This document shows, in pieces, positions 52,676 through 62,522 of a stretch of DNA of 64,000 nt. The stretch's first letter is position 1, and every line of letters begins with the position of its first letter. The DNA is from Minisyncoccota bacterium. GTDB taxonomy: Bacteria; Patescibacteriota; Minisyncoccia; 2-02-FULL-40-12; GWA2-44-9. Where the stretch lies: NCBI GenBank assembly GCA_035549275.1, contig DASZRH010000030.1, positions 1,912 through 65,911 on the forward strand, given 5' to 3'. The translations under genes and the position numbers were made by a program. The notes beneath the pieces are model-generated. The model saw only the letters and a program-made list of their open reading frames with translations. It was not told where the DNA came from and did no database searches.

Positions 52676-54436
52676 TTATGCTGAATCTCCGGCTTGAGCG
52701 ACCTCAAGCAACTCCTCTAATGATACAATGCCTTTCAATACTTTTAAAATGCCGTCCTGGAACATGGTGATCATGCCCTGGCGTTTGGCTTCCTGCCGCA
52801 TGGCTGCTTCGGAGATTGTCCCGAGAATGATTTTTTCAAATTCGGGCGTCATTTCAAGCATTTCGAAGATGCCGATGCGGCCCTTGAATGCTTTGCCGCC
52901 GCAATGGCGGCAGACGTTTTCCTTCTGGCCGACATTCGGCTCGCAGATGGTGTACCCGTCTTTAGCAAGATATTGCTTTTGATATTCTTCTGGCATCGCT
53001 TTAAGGGCTTCTTCGATGATGCTTGATTGGGCTTGGTTTGCTTTTTGCTGAAGCTTGCACTCGGGACACAGACGGCGCAAGAGACGCTGGGCGGCAGCCA
53101 CATTCAAGGTGGATGGGATGAGATATTTTTCAACACCCATGTCAACGAGGCGCGGTACGACGCCGATGGCGTCATTGGTATGAAGCGTCGAAAGTACGAT
53201 ATGGCCGGTCAAGGCCGCTTGAGTGGCCAAACCCGCCGTTTCACTGTCGCGAATTTCGCCGACCATGATAATGTCGGGGTCTTGGCGAAGGATGTGGCGC
53301 AAACCGGAAGCGAAAGTATAGCCGATTTCTTCGTGAACTTGGGACTGGTTAACCCCGTCAACGAAATATTCGATCGGATCTTCCAGAGTTACAATATTAA
53401 CGTCATCGGTATTTATGCGTTTGAGCATGCCGGCCAAGGTGGTGGATTTACCCGACCCTGTCGGACCGGTGATCAGAATCGAGCCGAATGGTTTGGCGAT
53501 GGCCCGCTCGAGGACGTCCATGGAACGCCCTTCTAATCCCAGGTCCGTCAGGGTCGTGCTGCCCGAGAGCGGGTCCAAAATACGCATAACCACCTTCTCG
53601 CCGCCTTTGGTTGGGAATGTCGAGACGCGGAAGTCGACTTTTCGGTCGTTGATTCGCGTGGCAAAGCGGCCGTCTTGAGCCAGTCGGGTTTCATCGATTT
53701 TCAAATCGGATAAGATTTTGATGCGGGTGGAAACCGCCGATTGTAGATTCTTGGGAAGCGTAAGGGCGATACTCAAAACGCCGTCGATGCGGAAACGAAC
53801 GCGGACGCGGTCTTCAAAGGGTTCGATATGAATATCGGATGCGCGCGAATCAACGGCGTGCCGGATGATGACTGCCACAATGCGCGTAATCGGAGCTTCG
53901 GCGGTAATTTCTTCAAGCGTTTGAATGTTTTGAGTGCTCTTTTTTTGGAATTCTTCATTAAGAGATTCCAGGGCCTGACTTACCTCCCCCGAAAGGGTTC
54001 GGTAGTTGCGGGTGATGGAATTGAAATCCTTGTAGCTGATAACATACTTCTCGAGCGATAAGCCCTTGTTGGCGGCGATAAACTTCAATGCTTCCAGCGC
54101 TTCGACGTTCTCGGGATTGATGATGCCGACTTTTAGGACGTTATCCTCTTTTGCAAACGGCACTACTTTGTAGAAAGAAACCACGTTGTCCGCGATTTCT
54201 TTGAGCACCTCCCGATTTAACTCGATCTCTTCGAGTTTGATGATCGGAAGATGATAGAGATTTGATTTGAATTCGGCGAGGCCCTCGTCGGTCAGAATGC
54301 CCTGATCAATAAGAACTTGGCCGACGTCTTTGTCGTCTTTTTGGGCCGCAGCGATAAAAGAGTCGGCTTGGGATTGGGAGATTACATTTGTCCGGACAAG
54401 TTCGTCCAGGAGCGTTGTAGGCAAGAATTGTGGCAT
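52676..54436 (-). CDS. pilB: type IV pilus extension ATPase PilB (GspE family)
   Basis: Two N-terminal GSPII_E domains; Walker A GPTGSGKSTT; LEDPIEY; Walker B IMVGEIRD; tetra-Cys CPECK...CRHCGGK; 586 aa. Confidence 0.85.
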   Translation of the reverse strand: MPQFLPTTLLDELVRTNVISQSQADSFIAAAQKDDKDVGQVLIDQGILTDEGLAEFKSNLYHLPIIKLEEIELNREVLKEIADNVVSFYKVVPFAKEDNVLKVGIINPENVEALEALKFIAANKGLSLEKYVISYKDFNSITRNYRTLSGEVSQALESLNEEFQKKSTQNIQTLEEITAEAPITRIVAVIIRHAVDSRASDIHIEPFEDRVRVRFRIDGVLSIALTLPKNLQSAVSTRIKILSDLKIDETRLAQDGRFATRINDRKVDFRVSTFPTKGGEKVVMRILDPLSGSTTLTDLGLEGRSMDVLERAIAKPFGSILITGPTGSGKSTTLAGMLKRINTDDVNIVTLEDPIEYFVDGVNQSQVHEEIGYTFASGLRHILRQDPDIIMVGEIRDSETAGLATQAALTGHIVLSTLHTNDAIGVVPRLVDMGVEKYLIPSTLNVAAAQRLLRRLCPECKLQQKANQAQSSIIEEALKAMPEEYQKQYLAKDGYTICEPNVGQKENVCRHCGGKAFKGRIGIFEMLEMTPEFEKIILGTISEAAMRQEAKRQGMITMFQDGILKVLKGIVSLEELLEVAQAGDSA

Positions 54437-54451
54437 AGGAAACGGGCCATA

Positions 54452-54733
54452 TTAGAACGGAGCAAAAATATCGCGCTTGCCCGTGGCTTCGGGAATAACT
54501 GGAACTTCGCCAAATACTTTCAAGTTCGTGTATATTGTTGCGTCAAGAACTGAAAAATCAATTTGAACATTCTGGAAATCTTTCAATGTATCAGTTTCCT
54601 CAATTGGCGAAGCGGCAACTGGAGTTTCATTGGGCCCCACATATTGGCTGTAATAAATATACCCAAGTACAATACCAAAGATCATAACAAGTAAGACGTA
54701 AAGGCGATTGGTCGATGATACGGGAGATGGCAT
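54452..54733 (-). CDS. hypothetical small membrane protein (possible PilP-like pilus assembly component)
   Basis: 93 aa with a single TM, between pilO and pilB. Confidence 0.35.
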   Translation of the reverse strand: MPSPVSSTNRLYVLLVMIFGIVLGYIYYSQYVGPNETPVAASPIEETDTLKDFQNVQIDFSVLDATIYTNLKVFGEVPVIPEATGKRDIFAPF

Positions 54734-54734
54734 G

Positions 54735-55259
54735 TTATTGAGTCAAAAAATATGTGTTTGCTTTTAGGCGGAATTGAATATCCGAGCTTTCGGCACCGAC
54801 GGGAGCCGCATTTATCGAAGTGATGTCAATAATTCTGATATTTTGCTCGATGGCAGAAAGAAATGAGCGGAATGCTGGGTATGTGCCAGTTATGGTCAGA
54901 TCGATTCCTTGTGTCTGATAAGATGCGGCTTGGTTGTTGGGGTCGATATTGCCAAGCGCGATACCGTTAAGAGTCAATCCGCTCTGGTGGACGATTGCTT
55001 CAAGCATTGAGACAAGCTCTGGTGAACTTTTAGTTTCCGGGACGATATATGAAAAGCGAGAAATATCGCTTGAGTGTTGGGAATATTGTTGAGCCCAACT
55101 ATTGATCTGATCAATCAAAGAGGTGCGTTGTGTTAATTCCGCGTCGCGGGCGGCCACAGCTTCCCTTGCTGATGAAATATGGTCATAGCTAGGCATGACA
55201 AAAGCCCAAAAGATGAATGCGGCGGCAACGACAATCAATGCTCCAAGATAGGCCTTCAT
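54735..55259 (-). CDS. pilO: pilus assembly protein PilO-like
   Basis: 174 aa; N-terminal TM followed by coiled-coil; position after pilN. Confidence 0.55.
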   Translation of the reverse strand: MKAYLGALIVVAAAFIFWAFVMPSYDHISSAREAVAARDAELTQRTSLIDQINSWAQQYSQHSSDISRFSYIVPETKSSPELVSMLEAIVHQSGLTLNGIALGNIDPNNQAASYQTQGIDLTITGTYPAFRSFLSAIEQNIRIIDITSINAAPVGAESSDIQFRLKANTYFLTQ

Positions 55260-55260
55260 A

Positions 55261-55824
55261 TTATTTTAATTCCATTTTTAAGAATTTTTCAGGTTTGAAT
55301 TTGACATGTGCGGTTACATCAAGTTTGCCTGTGGTCTGAATACTGACGTTATCGAGGGTGATATCCTGCACAGCATCATCAGCAACGAATGCGGCAAGCT
55401 GGCGGGCAAGCGTCGAATAAGAATCCGTAACAGCTTCAAACCGGAATGTGCTATCTTCAGTTTGGCCCGAAAAGTTTACGAACTGTACTTTATTTTGAAG
55501 CGCCGCTTCAATCTTGGAAAGACCTTGTGACCAATACGTATGGTTTTTAACAATTTGAGTGGCGGTTTTCATCTGCTGTGATAGTGTCAGGAGCGCTCCT
55601 TCCGTTTGGAGGTTGCGCTCGTTCTCTAAATTAACAAGTGCGGTGTTGGCGGCATCAAGCTGTTGGTCAAGGCGATTGCCGTACCACCATACTCCCCCGT
55701 ACACGGCCAAAACGATCGCCAGTACTGCGATTCCGAAATAAATAATCTTGTTCTCCCCCGGAGTCGTAACAACAATGCTTTTGCGGGTCTCCGGAAGGAG
55801 CTGGATACCTCCTTTATCAGCCAT
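55261..55824 (-). CDS. pilN: pilus assembly protein PilN-like
   Basis: 187 aa; short cytoplasmic N-terminus, single TM, periplasmic coiled-coil; follows pilM. Confidence 0.55.
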   Translation of the reverse strand: MADKGGIQLLPETRKSIVVTTPGENKIIYFGIAVLAIVLAVYGGVWWYGNRLDQQLDAANTALVNLENERNLQTEGALLTLSQQMKTATQIVKNHTYWSQGLSKIEAALQNKVQFVNFSGQTEDSTFRFEAVTDSYSTLARQLAAFVADDAVQDITLDNVSIQTTGKLDVTAHVKFKPEKFLKMELK

Positions 55825-55878
55825 ACTATATAGTATACAACGTGTTGGACGTTGCGGTTAGGACTTTATCAACAATTT

Positions 55879-56922
55879 CTAAATATCGCGCATCGCCAGG
55901 CCGGTAGCAACCGAAAACGTACTGGCCAGCTCGCTAATCACCGGTCCGAGCGCTTGGGGATAGACAATGCGGCTAAACGGATTGCCGATTACAACATCTT
56001 GGCCGAGCTTTTGTTTGAAATATTCCAGAAAGTTCGGCATGTTGGCCATGCCGCCGACCAGTATGATTCGGGAAATTTTCTGGCTTTTTGAGGTTTCGTA
56101 GGCGGTAATGGTTTTGCGGGTCTCAAACGCCATCATGTCGATGAGCGACGACATGGCTTCATTAATGACGTTTTCGTCAATCTGCCTCATTCCGAGGGTT
56201 TTTTTCAGTTCTTCGGCTTTCTCGATGCTGATGTTCAGGGATCGGGCGATGGATTTGGTGATCTCAAAGCCCCCCACTTCGTAGTTGTGGGAAAGCCGTT
56301 CATATCCTTTGTTGATGATAATGATTGAAGTGCTGCGGCCGCCGATGTTAATTACTGCAGTCGGCGAAAGATCGTTGCCGATCACGGCGCGCGCGAGGGC
56401 CGAGTTTTCTAATTCTAATGCTTTGAGCGTGAGGCCGGCCTTGGCCATGATCGTCTGGTAGCGGACGGTTTCGTCTTTGGGGACCGCGGCGACGAATACT
56501 TCGACCGTCGGTTTGGGACCTTGGCCGGTGATGCCGATAATTGACCAATCAAGAACTACTTCGTCCAGGGGAATCGGTACATACCGGCGAGCTTCAAACG
56601 GGAGAGCTTTGGCCAGTTCTGCCTCCGAGAGGTACGGCATTTCGATGACAGTGGCGAATGTCGAGAAAGATGGGATTGAGGCTACGACGCTGTGGCTGCC
56701 AATCTTTGATTTCTTGAGCAGTTCTTTGATGCCCCAGGCGATTTCATCGTCCGGCAACTTCAGAATGCTTTGGTCAGTGCTTCCACCCGAAATATTTTTG
56801 ATTTCAAAGAGGCCGTAGTTTTTCAAGTGAAAGCGGTTGCTTTTCTTGGTAAGCTCGATAATTTTGATGGCGGCGGTGCCGATGTCGATGCCGATTGTGC
56901 TGCTGGGACCGAATAGAGCCAT
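55879..56922 (-). CDS. pilM: pilus assembly protein PilM (actin-like ATPase fold)
   Basis: IGIDIGTAAIKIIEL phosphate-1 motif and GGMANMP adenosine motif of the actin/FtsA superfamily. Start set at MALFGPSST (56922); the track ORF extends to 57102. Confidence 0.75.
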   Translation of the reverse strand: MALFGPSSTIGIDIGTAAIKIIELTKKSNRFHLKNYGLFEIKNISGGSTDQSILKLPDDEIAWGIKELLKKSKIGSHSVVASIPSFSTFATVIEMPYLSEAELAKALPFEARRYVPIPLDEVVLDWSIIGITGQGPKPTVEVFVAAVPKDETVRYQTIMAKAGLTLKALELENSALARAVIGNDLSPTAVINIGGRSTSIIIINKGYERLSHNYEVGGFEITKSIARSLNISIEKAEELKKTLGMRQIDENVINEAMSSLIDMMAFETRKTITAYETSKSQKISRIILVGGMANMPNFLEYFKQKLGQDVVIGNPFSRIVYPQALGPVISELASTFSVATGLAMRDI

Positions 56923-57011
56923 TGATGGATGCTTCCGTAGCGTCACGGAGCCGATTTGTATACAATAAAGTATATCACAGAACAGAAATCCGTGCGCTGA
57001 ATTATCCCCAC

Positions 57012-57719
57012 ATGCTGATTCGCCGAATTGCCGACCTGATATTCCCCTATCGCTGCTTGGGCTGTGGCGTGTTTCTAGAGCGCGGGTATATTTGCTCTGC
57101 ATGCTTCCAGAACGTGTCGCTCCGGTTTCGGCTTGAATGCATTGGCTGCCGCCAGAGTTCGCCCGGTGGATTTACGTGTTCAAGTTGCAAAGCGGAGTGT
57201 GCCATCAGCAGGTTTTTCGTCGTCAGTGACTATCGGCATCCGGTTGTGCATGCCGCAATCCATGGGCTTAAATATAAATTCCTGCCGGAGTTGGCCGTTC
57301 CGCTCGGAGATTGGGCGGTAACATATATTCGGAACCAATCGGCGCTTCATCGGGTTTCCTTCGCCGGCGAGCGGTTTCTTCTCACGGGCGTTCCCTTGCA
57401 TTCTCGGCGCGAGAACTGGCGCGGATTCAATCAGTCGGAGCTTGTTGCCCAACGAATTGCCGCACAGCTACAGATGGATTTTTGTCCCTTGCTTGAGCGA
57501 TCTGTCCATGCGTCGCCGCAGGCGCGGGTGCCGGATCGGGCCGAACGATTCAAAAATGTCCGCGGCCAGTTCAGGTGCGCCGCCGCGTCCGGCGCCGGCC
57601 GCAATGTTCTTATTGTTGACGATGTCTGTACGACGGGCGCGACGCTGAACGAATGCGCGGCTGTCCTGAAGGCCGCCGGCGCCGCTTCCGTCTCCGCACT
57701 TGTCATTGCCAGGGGCTAG
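57012..57719 (+). CDS. comF: ComF-family protein (double zinc ribbon + phosphoribosyltransferase domain)
   Basis: CLGCG...CSAC / CIGC...CSSC zinc ribbons; C-terminal PRTase motif LIVDDVCTTGATL; divergent from pilM. Confidence 0.8.
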   Translation: MLIRRIADLIFPYRCLGCGVFLERGYICSACFQNVSLRFRLECIGCRQSSPGGFTCSSCKAECAISRFFVVSDYRHPVVHAAIHGLKYKFLPELAVPLGDWAVTYIRNQSALHRVSFAGERFLLTGVPLHSRRENWRGFNQSELVAQRIAAQLQMDFCPLLERSVHASPQARVPDRAERFKNVRGQFRCAAASGAGRNVLIVDDVCTTGATLNECAAVLKAAGAASVSALVIARG

Positions 57720-57745
57720 AAAAAATGCTAAAATGGGGCAAATTT

Positions 57746-57834
57746 GGAGACGTGTCAGAGTGGTCTAATGTACCTCTTTGCTAAAGAGGTGTTCGGGTAA
57801 AACCGGACCGGAGGTTCGAATCCTCCCGTCTCCG
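57746..57834 (+). tRNA. tRNA-Ser (anticodon GCU), class II
   Basis: Acceptor ggagacg/cgtctcc; anticodon stem cctct/agagg with loop ttgctaa; long variable arm; T-loop ggaggttcgaatcctcc. Confidence 0.85.
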
Positions 57835-57853
57835 CATTCAGGCCACGCTCTCC

Positions 57854-57943
57854 GGAGAGGTGGCTGAGTGGTTGAAAGCAGCGGTTTACTAAACCGCCGG
57901 GCTCGCAAGAGCCTCGTGGGTTCGAATCCCACCCTCTCCGCCA
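57854..57943 (+). tRNA. class II Ser-like tRNA with ACU anticodon loop (ttACTaa), CCA encoded; unusual
   Basis: Acceptor ggagagg/cctctcc; anticodon stem gcggt/accgc with loop ttactaa; long variable arm cgggctcgcaagagcctc; T-loop gtgggttcgaatcccac. Confidence 0.6.
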
Positions 57944-57975
57944 GTATTTTTAGGGCTGGTATAATAAAATTTATC

Positions 57976-58164
57976 ATGAACCCACGACATACAAAAATTC
58001 AGGCAGGAGCTTTTATTGCAATGCTTGTGGTGCTTGCTGTAGCTTGGGCATTAAGCGGCCATCAGAATACTTGGCTGTTTGTACTAGCCGCCATCATTGG
58101 TGTCCCAAATCCGTGGTGGGTCGCATTGGCCAATAAGTTGAGTAAGAAGAGTAAGGATCAGTAA
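57976..58164 (+). CDS. hypothetical small membrane protein
   Basis: 62 aa from the ATG at 57976, with two hydrophobic helices. The track ORF start (57868) lies inside the tRNA. Confidence 0.3.
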   Translation: MNPRHTKIQAGAFIAMLVVLAVAWALSGHQNTWLFVLAAIIGVPNPWWVALANKLSKKSKDQ

Positions 58165-58478
58165 TCTCTTTTGCTGGTTCCTACAAACGCGACTGGTGTA
58201 ACTTCGTGGCCACGGCAGCATTGGCTGATTATTAGGTGGTTCAACTAATCGTGTATAAAACATATAGCCGAAAGTACGCGATTATACGCGCAAATCAAAA
58301 AACCTTGCTGGCAAAGGCCGGAATGTCGAATAAATCTGGTCTTTCTTGGTAAATACGTCTCAATTTTCGTATAATCCTATCAACATTTCCATAGCTAAAG
58401 CGTCCTATCGGTTCAAAGTTGCGCCAACCATCACCGCTCGCATTGACTTTTTATGGCACAAGTGGCAATATATGGGCC

Positions 58479-60887
58479 ATGAAATTATACCCTCGGATTG
58501 CCCTCTTTATTCTTGCCATCGCCGGATTTTCGGTCTTTGTTGCTCCCGCCGCTCACGCCCAGATCAAGTATCAGGGCTTTTATTTTGTCGAAGACGATAT
58601 GTACAACATCCACTATATGGATGAATTGGCGGGATACAACAATGTTTTAAAAATAAGCATTGATAATACCAAAAACCCGCAAGCCATTGCCACCAAAGCT
58701 CGCCAAGATGGCTACACATATGTCGAAATTACGCTGGGCTTTAACGAAGCGCTCTTTACGAATGCCGACGGTGCTCGCGATGCGTATCTTCAAAACGTGA
58801 AAAAGAAGCTATACCAGGATTCCGATCTTGGTAATATGCTGCTCGATATTCATATTCTGGAAGAAGAATTTACATTGCTTCACCAGCACTATTTCGATGA
58901 TTGGGCGTTTGTGAAGAATCTGGATGTGGCCGCCTGTCAGGCGAAATATCACGACCCGACGCTTAACGCCCGCAATTGCGAAGATTATGCGATGAAAGAA
59001 GGTCTTGAAAGCTATATCAGCGACGTGAAAAAATATTTTCCCGGTATTCCGACGATAATCGTCGAGAACACCTGGGGATACAATTTTGAACCGCCGAGCA
59101 ATCTCGATATTCTGGGAATCGATGCGTACTATATCCCCTCCACGGCCGACTGCGGCGAAAATCAGCAGACGCTCTTTCGGGTGTATGTTACAGACGTGGT
59201 TAATTACGCCAAACGCTACGGCAAGCCGATATATATGGTTGGGGCCGTGTTTAACTCCGGGCCGTACAAGATGCCATCCCAATGCCAGGCCCAATGGTAT
59301 ATCGATTATGCCAAGAATACTCCCGAGGTTATCGGCCTGAACTGGTTTTTGTACGCGACAGTGGACGGAGTGAATGGCGTTCGAAATGATCCCTTGGTTA
59401 CCTTCCTGAAGCAAGAAGGACGCAAACTGTTTAATTCAACCCCGGTTATTACCAGTACGGCCATAAACGCGAGCCAGATTATTCCAAACGCCCAAAACAC
59501 ATACCAAATTAGCGTTACTGCCTCTGACAAAGATGGCGCTGATGACATCAAGGCCCAATATGCCCTCGTGAACCAGCTCTACCAAGGCGTGAACGGAGGC
59601 CAGTACCGCGGCTATGTCGGCTGGAGCAAAGACGGAGATTCAGTGCAAAAGTATTATTTCCCCGGAATCAGTGGCGCTGTAATCCCCTGCCTTGGCGGCG
59701 GGACCGCCGCCAAGGCAGTTGGGTATGGTGAGGAGTATATGAATTTATTGAGTTGTTCGACCAGTGTTTCCAGCACGACTCGCACAACGGTATTTACTGT
59801 CAGCTTCAATTTGAACTTCACCGCGCCTACTGCAAACAATACGGTCTCGGGCTGGGCGACGGATGAAGCGCTTGCGCGGAGCGGGTGGCAGACATTCGGT
59901 TCGTTTGGGTTAAAATCAAATTCGGCGCCGATCATCACAAATACTGCGATAAATACATCGACTATCGCGCCGAACATGAATACTCCCTATCAAATTAGCA
60001 TTTCCGCTTCCGACAAAGATGGTGTGAATGATATCAAAGTCGAATATGCGCTCATCAATCAGCTGTATCAGGGACCTAACGGCGGCCAATATCGAGGGTA
60101 TCTGGGCTGGAGCCAAAACAATGATGCCGTTGAGAAATATTATTTCCCTGGCGTCAGCGGATCAGTGATGCCGTGTGCCGGTGGTGGCTATGCAGCCAAG
60201 GCAGTCGCGTACGGAGCTGAATACATGAATTTAATTTCTTGTTCTACATCTACTAGCGGTACAACTCGTACTACCGTATTTACCGTAACGTTTAATACTA
60301 ACTTCACCGCGCCCACCGCAAACAATACGGTCTCGGGCTGGGCGACGGATGAAGCGCTTGCCCGGAGCGGGTGGCAGACATTTCAGACCTTCGGATTAGT
60401 GAGGAATACCTCGCCAATGGTTGTGAATGCCGCCATCAATGCCTCTCGTATTGTTCCGAACGGGCAGAACACATATCAAATCACGGTTGCCTCATCCGAT
60501 ACCGACGGTCCTAACGACATCAAGGCCCAATATGCCCTCGTGAACCAGCTCTACCAAGGCGTGAACGGAGGCCAGTACCGCGGCTATGTCGGCTGGAGCA
60601 AAGACGGAGATATGGTCCAGAACTACTATTTTCCCGGAATACAAGGAGCAACTTTTCCCTGCACAGGCGGCGGCGTGGCTGCCAAGGCGATCGGCTATGG
60701 CCAGGAGTATTTGAACGTGCTTGGTTGTTCCACATCGGTCTCAGGCAATACTCGAACGACTGTGTTTACGGTGAGTTTCAATCCTAATTTCACTGCTCCT
60801 GCTACTGGCAATACTATTTCCGGCTGGGCAACTGATGCATATTTGGCACGTAGCGGCTGGCAAACGTTCGGTACATTTGGGTTGTAG
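58479..60887 (+). CDS. secreted multi-domain surface protein: N-terminal putative glycoside-hydrolase-like domain plus three ~160-aa tandem repeats
   Basis: Signal peptide MKLYPRIALFILAIAGFSVFVAPAAHA; about 300-aa N-terminal domain; then three homologous repeats, each containing QYALVNQLYQG.NGGQYRGY.GWS and a C..GGG.AAKA.GYG.EY.N..SCSTS segment. Confidence 0.7.
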   Translation: MKLYPRIALFILAIAGFSVFVAPAAHAQIKYQGFYFVEDDMYNIHYMDELAGYNNVLKISIDNTKNPQAIATKARQDGYTYVEITLGFNEALFTNADGARDAYLQNVKKKLYQDSDLGNMLLDIHILEEEFTLLHQHYFDDWAFVKNLDVAACQAKYHDPTLNARNCEDYAMKEGLESYISDVKKYFPGIPTIIVENTWGYNFEPPSNLDILGIDAYYIPSTADCGENQQTLFRVYVTDVVNYAKRYGKPIYMVGAVFNSGPYKMPSQCQAQWYIDYAKNTPEVIGLNWFLYATVDGVNGVRNDPLVTFLKQEGRKLFNSTPVITSTAINASQIIPNAQNTYQISVTASDKDGADDIKAQYALVNQLYQGVNGGQYRGYVGWSKDGDSVQKYYFPGISGAVIPCLGGGTAAKAVGYGEEYMNLLSCSTSVSSTTRTTVFTVSFNLNFTAPTANNTVSGWATDEALARSGWQTFGSFGLKSNSAPIITNTAINTSTIAPNMNTPYQISISASDKDGVNDIKVEYALINQLYQGPNGGQYRGYLGWSQNNDAVEKYYFPGVSGSVMPCAGGGYAAKAVAYGAEYMNLISCSTSTSGTTRTTVFTVTFNTNFTAPTANNTVSGWATDEALARSGWQTFQTFGLVRNTSPMVVNAAINASRIVPNGQNTYQITVASSDTDGPNDIKAQYALVNQLYQGVNGGQYRGYVGWSKDGDMVQNYYFPGIQGATFPCTGGGVAAKAIGYGQEYLNVLGCSTSVSGNTRTTVFTVSFNPNFTAPATGNTISGWATDAYLARSGWQTFGTFGL
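59433..60884 (+). repeat. three in-frame tandem direct repeats (~486, 486, 480 bp) within the surface-protein gene
   Basis: Units start near 59433, 59919 and 60405. Long identical stretches recur at the corresponding position of different units: for example caatatgccctcgtgaaccagctctaccaaggcgtgaacggaggccagtaccgcggctatgtcggctggagcaaagacggaga occurs from about 59560 and again from about 60530. Confidence 0.75.
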
Positions 60888-60908
60888 ATTGCGGTCAGGT
60901 TTGCGTGT

Positions 60909-60941
60909 CAAAACCCCGGCCGCTTTGCGGCCGGGGTTTTG
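60909..60941 (+). terminator. rho-independent terminator
   Basis: caaaaccccggccgc-tttg-cggccggggttttg. Confidence 0.75.
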
Positions 60942-60957
60942 ACTGAATGCAGAAAAA

Positions 60958-62520
60958 ATGATACAATTTTGGGCATTCACGAACATTTCTATGCCTGAAA
61001 CGCAGCCACAATCGAATACCCACCGTCCCCCGATCGTGGTTGTATTGGGCCATGTTGATCACGGTAAAACTTCCCTTCTGGACGTAATTCGCCAGTCCAA
61101 CGTCGTTGCCACCGAATCCGGCGGTATTACCCAGCATATCGGTGCCTATCAGGTAATCCATGCCGGCAAAATGATTACGTTTCTCGACACGCCGGGCCAT
61201 GAGGCTTTTACGGCTATTCGTTCGCGCGGCACCAAAGTTGCCGATGTGGCGATTCTGGTTGTTGCCGCCGATGAAAGCGTGAAACCCCAGACGGCTGAAG
61301 CGATTCGGATTATTAAAGAAGAAGAAATTCCGTTCATTGTTGCCATCAACAAGATCGACAAAGGCGGCGCAAACGTTCAGAAAGTGAAACAAGATTTGGC
61401 CGGATTGGATGTCTTGGTGGAAGATTGGGGCGGGACAGTGCCGGTGGTTGAAGTTTCCGCCAAGGAAAAGCGCAATATTCCTGATCTGCTGGATATGATT
61501 CTGCTGGTTGCGGAGCTCGAAGACTTGAAAGAAGATCGATCGTTGCCCGCCGAAGGCGTAATCATTGAATCGCACCTCGACAAGCGCCGTGGCTATGTCG
61601 CTACAGCCTTGGTTCAAAAGGGTTTGTTGTCGCTCGGCGATTGGATTGTGGCCGGAACTGTTGTCGGCAAAGTAAAATCAATGGAGAATTTCATCGGTGA
61701 GCCGATTCCCAAGGCCGAGCCCTCCCAGCCCGTAGTCATTATCGGCTGGCCGACTGCGCCTGAAATTGGCCGCCAATTTCGGGCCGCATACTCCAAAGAC
61801 GAAGCCATGGATATTTCAGCGGCAAACGTCAATTTAGCCCCCCTCTTCTCTTTCTTCCGGGGCATGCCGACCAATGGCGATCACGCTTCGGGCAAAAAAT
61901 ATCTGCGGCTGGTTTTGAAAACCGATGTCGCAAGTTCTCTGGAAGCGATTGATATGGCGTTGCGCCAGATTAAATCTGATGAAGTCGGCTACACGGTCAT
62001 TTCCCATGACATCGGGTCGGTGACTGACGTCGATGTCCGTGCGGCCGTGGCCGGCAAGGGCTGTATCGTCGGTTTTCGCGTCCCGATCGAATCTTCGGCT
62101 CGCAAGCTTGCCGAACAGGATAGTATTCCTGCCGCCACATTTGATATTATCTACGAACTCATCGAGTATGTCCGCAAAGAAATGGCCGCTATGCTTGAGC
62201 CGGAAATTCGCCGAATTCCGCTCGGTAAAGTTAAGATTCTCGGCGTGTTTAAGAAAGATGCGCGTTTCCAGGTGATCGGCGGCCGGGTTACGTCTGGGAC
62301 CCTTGTCCGAGGCGCGCTGGGCGATATTGTTCGAGATGGCGGCAGTGTGTTGACGGGCAAAATTACTCAAGTCCAGCAGAACAAAGAGGACGTCTCCGAA
62401 GTCCACGAGGGGGTCGAAGGTGGTATTCGATTGGAAGTTGATCCCAAAAAGAATCCCGATGTCCGCGTTGGTGATATACTGGAAGTGTACGAGGAAGAAA
62501 AGATCGCCAGGACGTTATAA
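60958..62520 (+). CDS. infB: translation initiation factor IF-2 (short form lacking N-terminal domains)
   Basis: G1 [12 protein letters not shown]; G3 DTPGHEAF; G4 NKID; followed by the beta-barrel domain II and C-terminal fMet-tRNA-binding domain; 520 aa (true start may be M12 at 60991). Confidence 0.85.
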   Translation: MIQFWAFTNISMPETQPQSNTHRPPIVVVLGHVDHGKTSLLDVIRQSNVVATESGGITQHIGAYQVIHAGKMITFLDTPGHEAFTAIRSRGTKVADVAILVVAADESVKPQTAEAIRIIKEEEIPFIVAINKIDKGGANVQKVKQDLAGLDVLVEDWGGTVPVVEVSAKEKRNIPDLLDMILLVAELEDLKEDRSLPAEGVIIESHLDKRRGYVATALVQKGLLSLGDWIVAGTVVGKVKSMENFIGEPIPKAEPSQPVVIIGWPTAPEIGRQFRAAYSKDEAMDISAANVNLAPLFSFFRGMPTNGDHASGKKYLRLVLKTDVASSLEAIDMALRQIKSDEVGYTVISHDIGSVTDVDVRAAVAGKGCIVGFRVPIESSARKLAEQDSIPAATFDIIYELIEYVRKEMAAMLEPEIRRIPLGKVKILGVFKKDARFQVIGGRVTSGTLVRGALGDIVRDGGSVLTGKITQVQQNKEDVSEVHEGVEGGIRLEVDPKKNPDVRVGDILEVYEEEKIARTL

Positions 62521-62522
62521 AG

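Noticed and set aside
59433-60884. Possible CRISPR-like regular repeats
   Set aside because: The period is ~486 bp, the repeats are in-frame coding sequence of one protein, and there is no short repeat-spacer structure or cas genes. No CRISPR array is present in the window.
60895-61617. 240-aa minus-strand ORF
   Set aside because: It is antisense to the infB G-domain region, and infB carries clear GTPase motifs on the plus strand.
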